Assembly: GCF_030144855.1 (NCBI RefSeq)
Contig: NC_082730.1
Span: 4,154,001 to 4,218,000, forward strand
Direction: 5' to 3'
DNA from: Hypanus sabinus
Taxonomy: Eukaryota
DNA: 64,000 nt
A program made the translations under genes and the position numbers. The notes under the pieces were generated by a model. It did not search any database. It was not told the origin of the DNA and saw only the letters and a program-made list of their open reading frames with translations. Shown in pieces: positions 61,136-64,000 of this stretch. Positions within the stretch are counted from its first letter, which is position 1; each line of letters begins with the position of its first letter.

Positions 61136-63349
61136 GGACCAATATTAACCAAAACTACTTTTTGGTTATAAAGTAAACCAGTAGTTAATAGCAATCTACC
61201 ATATGGGTCTGAGATTGTCTCATAATGATCAAATGAGATCGATGAGTCTAAATAAAAATGGATATGCCTTTCGCTTTGGTTGAAGAATTAGAATGAAACT
61301 GTTGCACTTTCCAAAACCTAAAAACTTCTGATTATTATCCTTCCTCACAAGAGACTCCTGCGCAAAAATAATCAGAGCATTTGATCTATGAAAAACTTTT
61401 AAAATCTTCTTCTGTTTAATTGGGTGATTCAAACCATTCGTGTTCCATGAAACAAAGTTAATAATATTATCCATTTTCTTTAAATAAATGATATAGTATG
61501 TAAAGGATTAACCATATTGCATTGGAAACTTATGAATCAGGAAGAGGGAAAAAAGTTTAAAGAGGAACCAGAAGTTACGACAATACAGACATTTTTGTAG
61601 TTTCAAATCAGCCCAAATGAAAAATACTGAAATAAAAATAGCTCCCCCCTACTGCGACAAAGACCCAAAACCTGGCCAATAGAAAGCCAGGGAACTACCT
61701 AAGAAGCTCCTTACCTCCATCTCTCTTGATGGCAAATCTCCAGATTTAAAAAAAAACACCCATAGTCAAAACATTGCAAAAGGAATGCCAAACACAAGTT
61801 AAGAAAAAAAAAACAGCCATTTGCAGACCATTTCAAAAGACAAGGTCTTAAAAAATGAAGTAGAATACAATCTTAATAATATTTCAAGAAAAAACAAATG
61901 ATCATCAAGCCAGAGTCTTAATAACTTTCTAAAGAGAACAATTAAAAATAAAAAAGGAAAATAATAAAGGAAAAAGAAAGGAACTTTAACATAGAAACAT
62001 AATAAACCTCCGCACGCCAAAGCAAGGTACTAGAAGAATCAGCACAAGGGCAAAGTTCTACAAACTTAAAATGTTCGAATCTATAGACTAGTTATTAACT
62101 AATAAACCAGCTACATACAAACATAAAGGAACGGTAAATGTATTAAACATCTGAGCTCAAACAATGCTCCTCGAGAAATTGTTGTGTGTCATCTATGGAT
62201 TTAAATCACTTAAACAATTTATCAGGCAGAACAACCCTTAAACGAATGGGGTATAGCAGAGCCGGTCGGAAATTCCTTTGATATAATTCTGACATCACCG
62301 ATTTGAAAGTCAAGCTTTCTTGCATTGCCTCAGGACAATAATCTTTAACCAGATGAAACTTATGATTTTGATGTAAAATAATTCCTTTCTGACGAGTAAT
62401 TCAAATTAAGCGCTCTTTAGTACTCACATAGTGAAATCGAAGAATCACAGGGCACGGTTTTAACTCTTTCAACAGTTTTGGTCTTAAATCCCGATGGTTA
62501 TGGTCGAGTACCAGAGAAGAAGTAAAGACCACCGAGCCAAAGGCCTCCATTAAGAACTGAGAAAAAATTTTAGTAAGGTCCCTGCTCTCAACGTCTTCAC
62601 TGAGTCCTATTATTCACAAGTTCTGTCTGCGACTACGACTCTCCAAATCAATAACCTTGACTTTATACTGCTCCAATGTATGAGCAGCTGAGGTTAGTTT
62701 CTTTTCCAAAGAATTCAGTCTGGAATCTCTGTTTTCCAGCTTCACTAAGCTCTGAAATTTGATGTTGCTGTTTTTCGTCCTCCTTTTTGAGTACTGCCAG
62801 TTTACCTTCATTCTCCTTTAACATTACTTTCTCATTACAGAATCTCTTATCAAGTTTTTCATCCAAAAGATTGGAGACAGCCAGCAAAGTGAGTTGAGGC
62901 TGTTTAGGTTGTTCGAAGACACCTTCTTTCTTCCCATTTCCATTACCTTGCCTTACGCTAATGCCTTTCTTCCTTAGTAGTCATTTACGGCGATTAACAT
63001 TCAGAATTCAAACATATATAGCTGTTAAAAACACTTTGATATAGATAATAAAATGGTGGTAAGGAAATTGAAAAATGACCGGAGCAGAGCCAAAATGTGA
63101 CCTAGTCCATCTAGCGCCACCAATAGAATCCAGAATGAGTCATAAGTCTGAGGATTGAGATTGATTACGAACACAGCAAAGGGTAACAGAAATATTGTTG
63201 AAGAAAGCAAAAATGGAAAATTGAAGGATATTAAGAACAGACTGTGAGAGCCAAAATCAGGAAATGAAACAAACATAGCAGCAGGTACAACTGTAGTTTC
63301 CTTACAGACAGAGGTTGGTCTTTGCATTGGGGAATAAGGACCAACGACA

Positions 63350-64000
63350 TAGGCAGGAAGAGGGATGAGGTCCTGAAGTGTGAGTTTCGGGAACTAGGCA
63401 GAAGGCTGAAGAACAGGACCTCAAGGGTGGTGTTCTCAGGATAGCTGCCAGTGCTGCGTGATAGTGATGGTAAGAATTGGAGAAGATGGCAGTTGAATGC
63501 GTGGCTGAGGAGTTGGTGCAGAGGGCAGGGTTTTACCTTTTTGGATCATTGGGATCTCTTCTGGGGAAGGTGGGACCTGCAGAGATTGGATGGGTTGCAC
63601 GTGAACTCAAGGGGGAGCAATATCCTTGCAGGTAGGTTTGCTTGCATGGTTCAGGAGGGTTTAAACTAATTTGCAAGGGGGCTAGGACCCGCAGCGATTG
63701 AGCAGTGAAAGAAGTGCATGGAGCAGCACCAGATCTAGCATATAGAGAGGATTTGAGGACAGAGAAACAGAAGAAAGGGTGTAAAGGTAGTAAGGTAGAA
63801 GGGCTAAAGTGTGTACTTCAATGCCAGAAACATCAGGAACAAAGGTGATGAACTGAGAGCTTGGGTACATACAATAGTGGTCATTACGGAGACTTGGCTG
63901 GCACCAGGGCAGGAATGGATTCTCAAAATTCCTGGATCTCAGTGCTTTAAAAGGGACAGAGAGGGGGGGAAAGGGGAGAAGGGGTGGCATTACTGGTCAG
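63350..64000 (+). mobile_element. CR1 LINE 5' part (ORF1 esterase C-terminus, start of ORF2 APE), running off the window
   Basis: LNAWLRSWCRGQGFTFLDHW..DGLHVNSRGSNILAGRF, then NARNIRNKGDELRAW..ITETWL. Confidence 0.88.

Larger units (their letters stand above)
54115..63131 (-). mobile_element. L1-clade LINE (5' end, ORF1, ORF2, A-rich tail) with nested insertions, in gene 3 intron 1
   Basis: TSD AGAATGAGTC at 54105-54114 and 63132-63141; the empty site in unit 1 is at 28310-28319. ORF1 is DLESRSRRQNL (62614-62984), APE SWNTNG is at 61474, RT AEKTFDRLEW / GCP are at 56100-56560, and the tail is at 54115-54145. Confidence 0.93.
34173..63335 (+). repeat. Tandem segmental duplication, unit 2 (gene 2 body plus upstream region and leader of gene 3)
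   Basis: See unit 1; collinear blocks with a 9-kb L1 nest inserted at 54115-63131. Confidence 0.95.

Noticed and set aside
1-64000. CRISPR arrays, rRNA/tRNA genes, prokaryotic operons or defence systems
   Set aside because: There are no regularly spaced repeat-spacer arrays or structured RNA gene signatures. The DNA is spliceosomal-intron-containing and vertebrate-TE-rich.

Overview
Eukaryotic, intron-rich vertebrate DNA. The repeat landscape suggests a cartilaginous fish such as a ray or shark (inference). The window holds a roughly 34-kb-period tandem array of CD2/SLAM-like immunoglobulin-superfamily receptor genes on the + strand, buried in transposable elements. Gene 1 (exons 4143-11197, leader exon upstream of the window) is a pseudogene: it has a nonsense codon in the IgV exon and a -1 frameshift in the IgC2 exon, an uncharged TM segment, and a cytoplasmic ITIM (ITYANL). 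Gene 2 (five exons, 27061-41741) is a fully open 321-aa protein (leader-IgV-IgC2-TM-tail). It has an arginine in the TM segment and a tyrosine-free tail in which the ITIM has been erased. Gene 3 begins with a leader exon at 53469 and runs out of the window, and a fourth, degenerate IgC2 relic sits at about 44.7 kb. The main observation is an apparent inhibitory/activating paired-receptor configuration within a CD2/SLAM-type cluster. TEs include several CR1 LINEs, a near full-length RNase H-bearing I/Nimb-type LINE, two TSD-delimited L1-clade elements (one hosting a three-level nest with a pogo/Tigger-like element), PNMA-type Gypsy gag/protease relics, Tc1-derived MITEs and Rex1/Babar fragments. 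No rRNA, tRNA or CRISPR features were seen. All alignments were done by eye, so TE boundaries are approximate unless a TSD is quoted.
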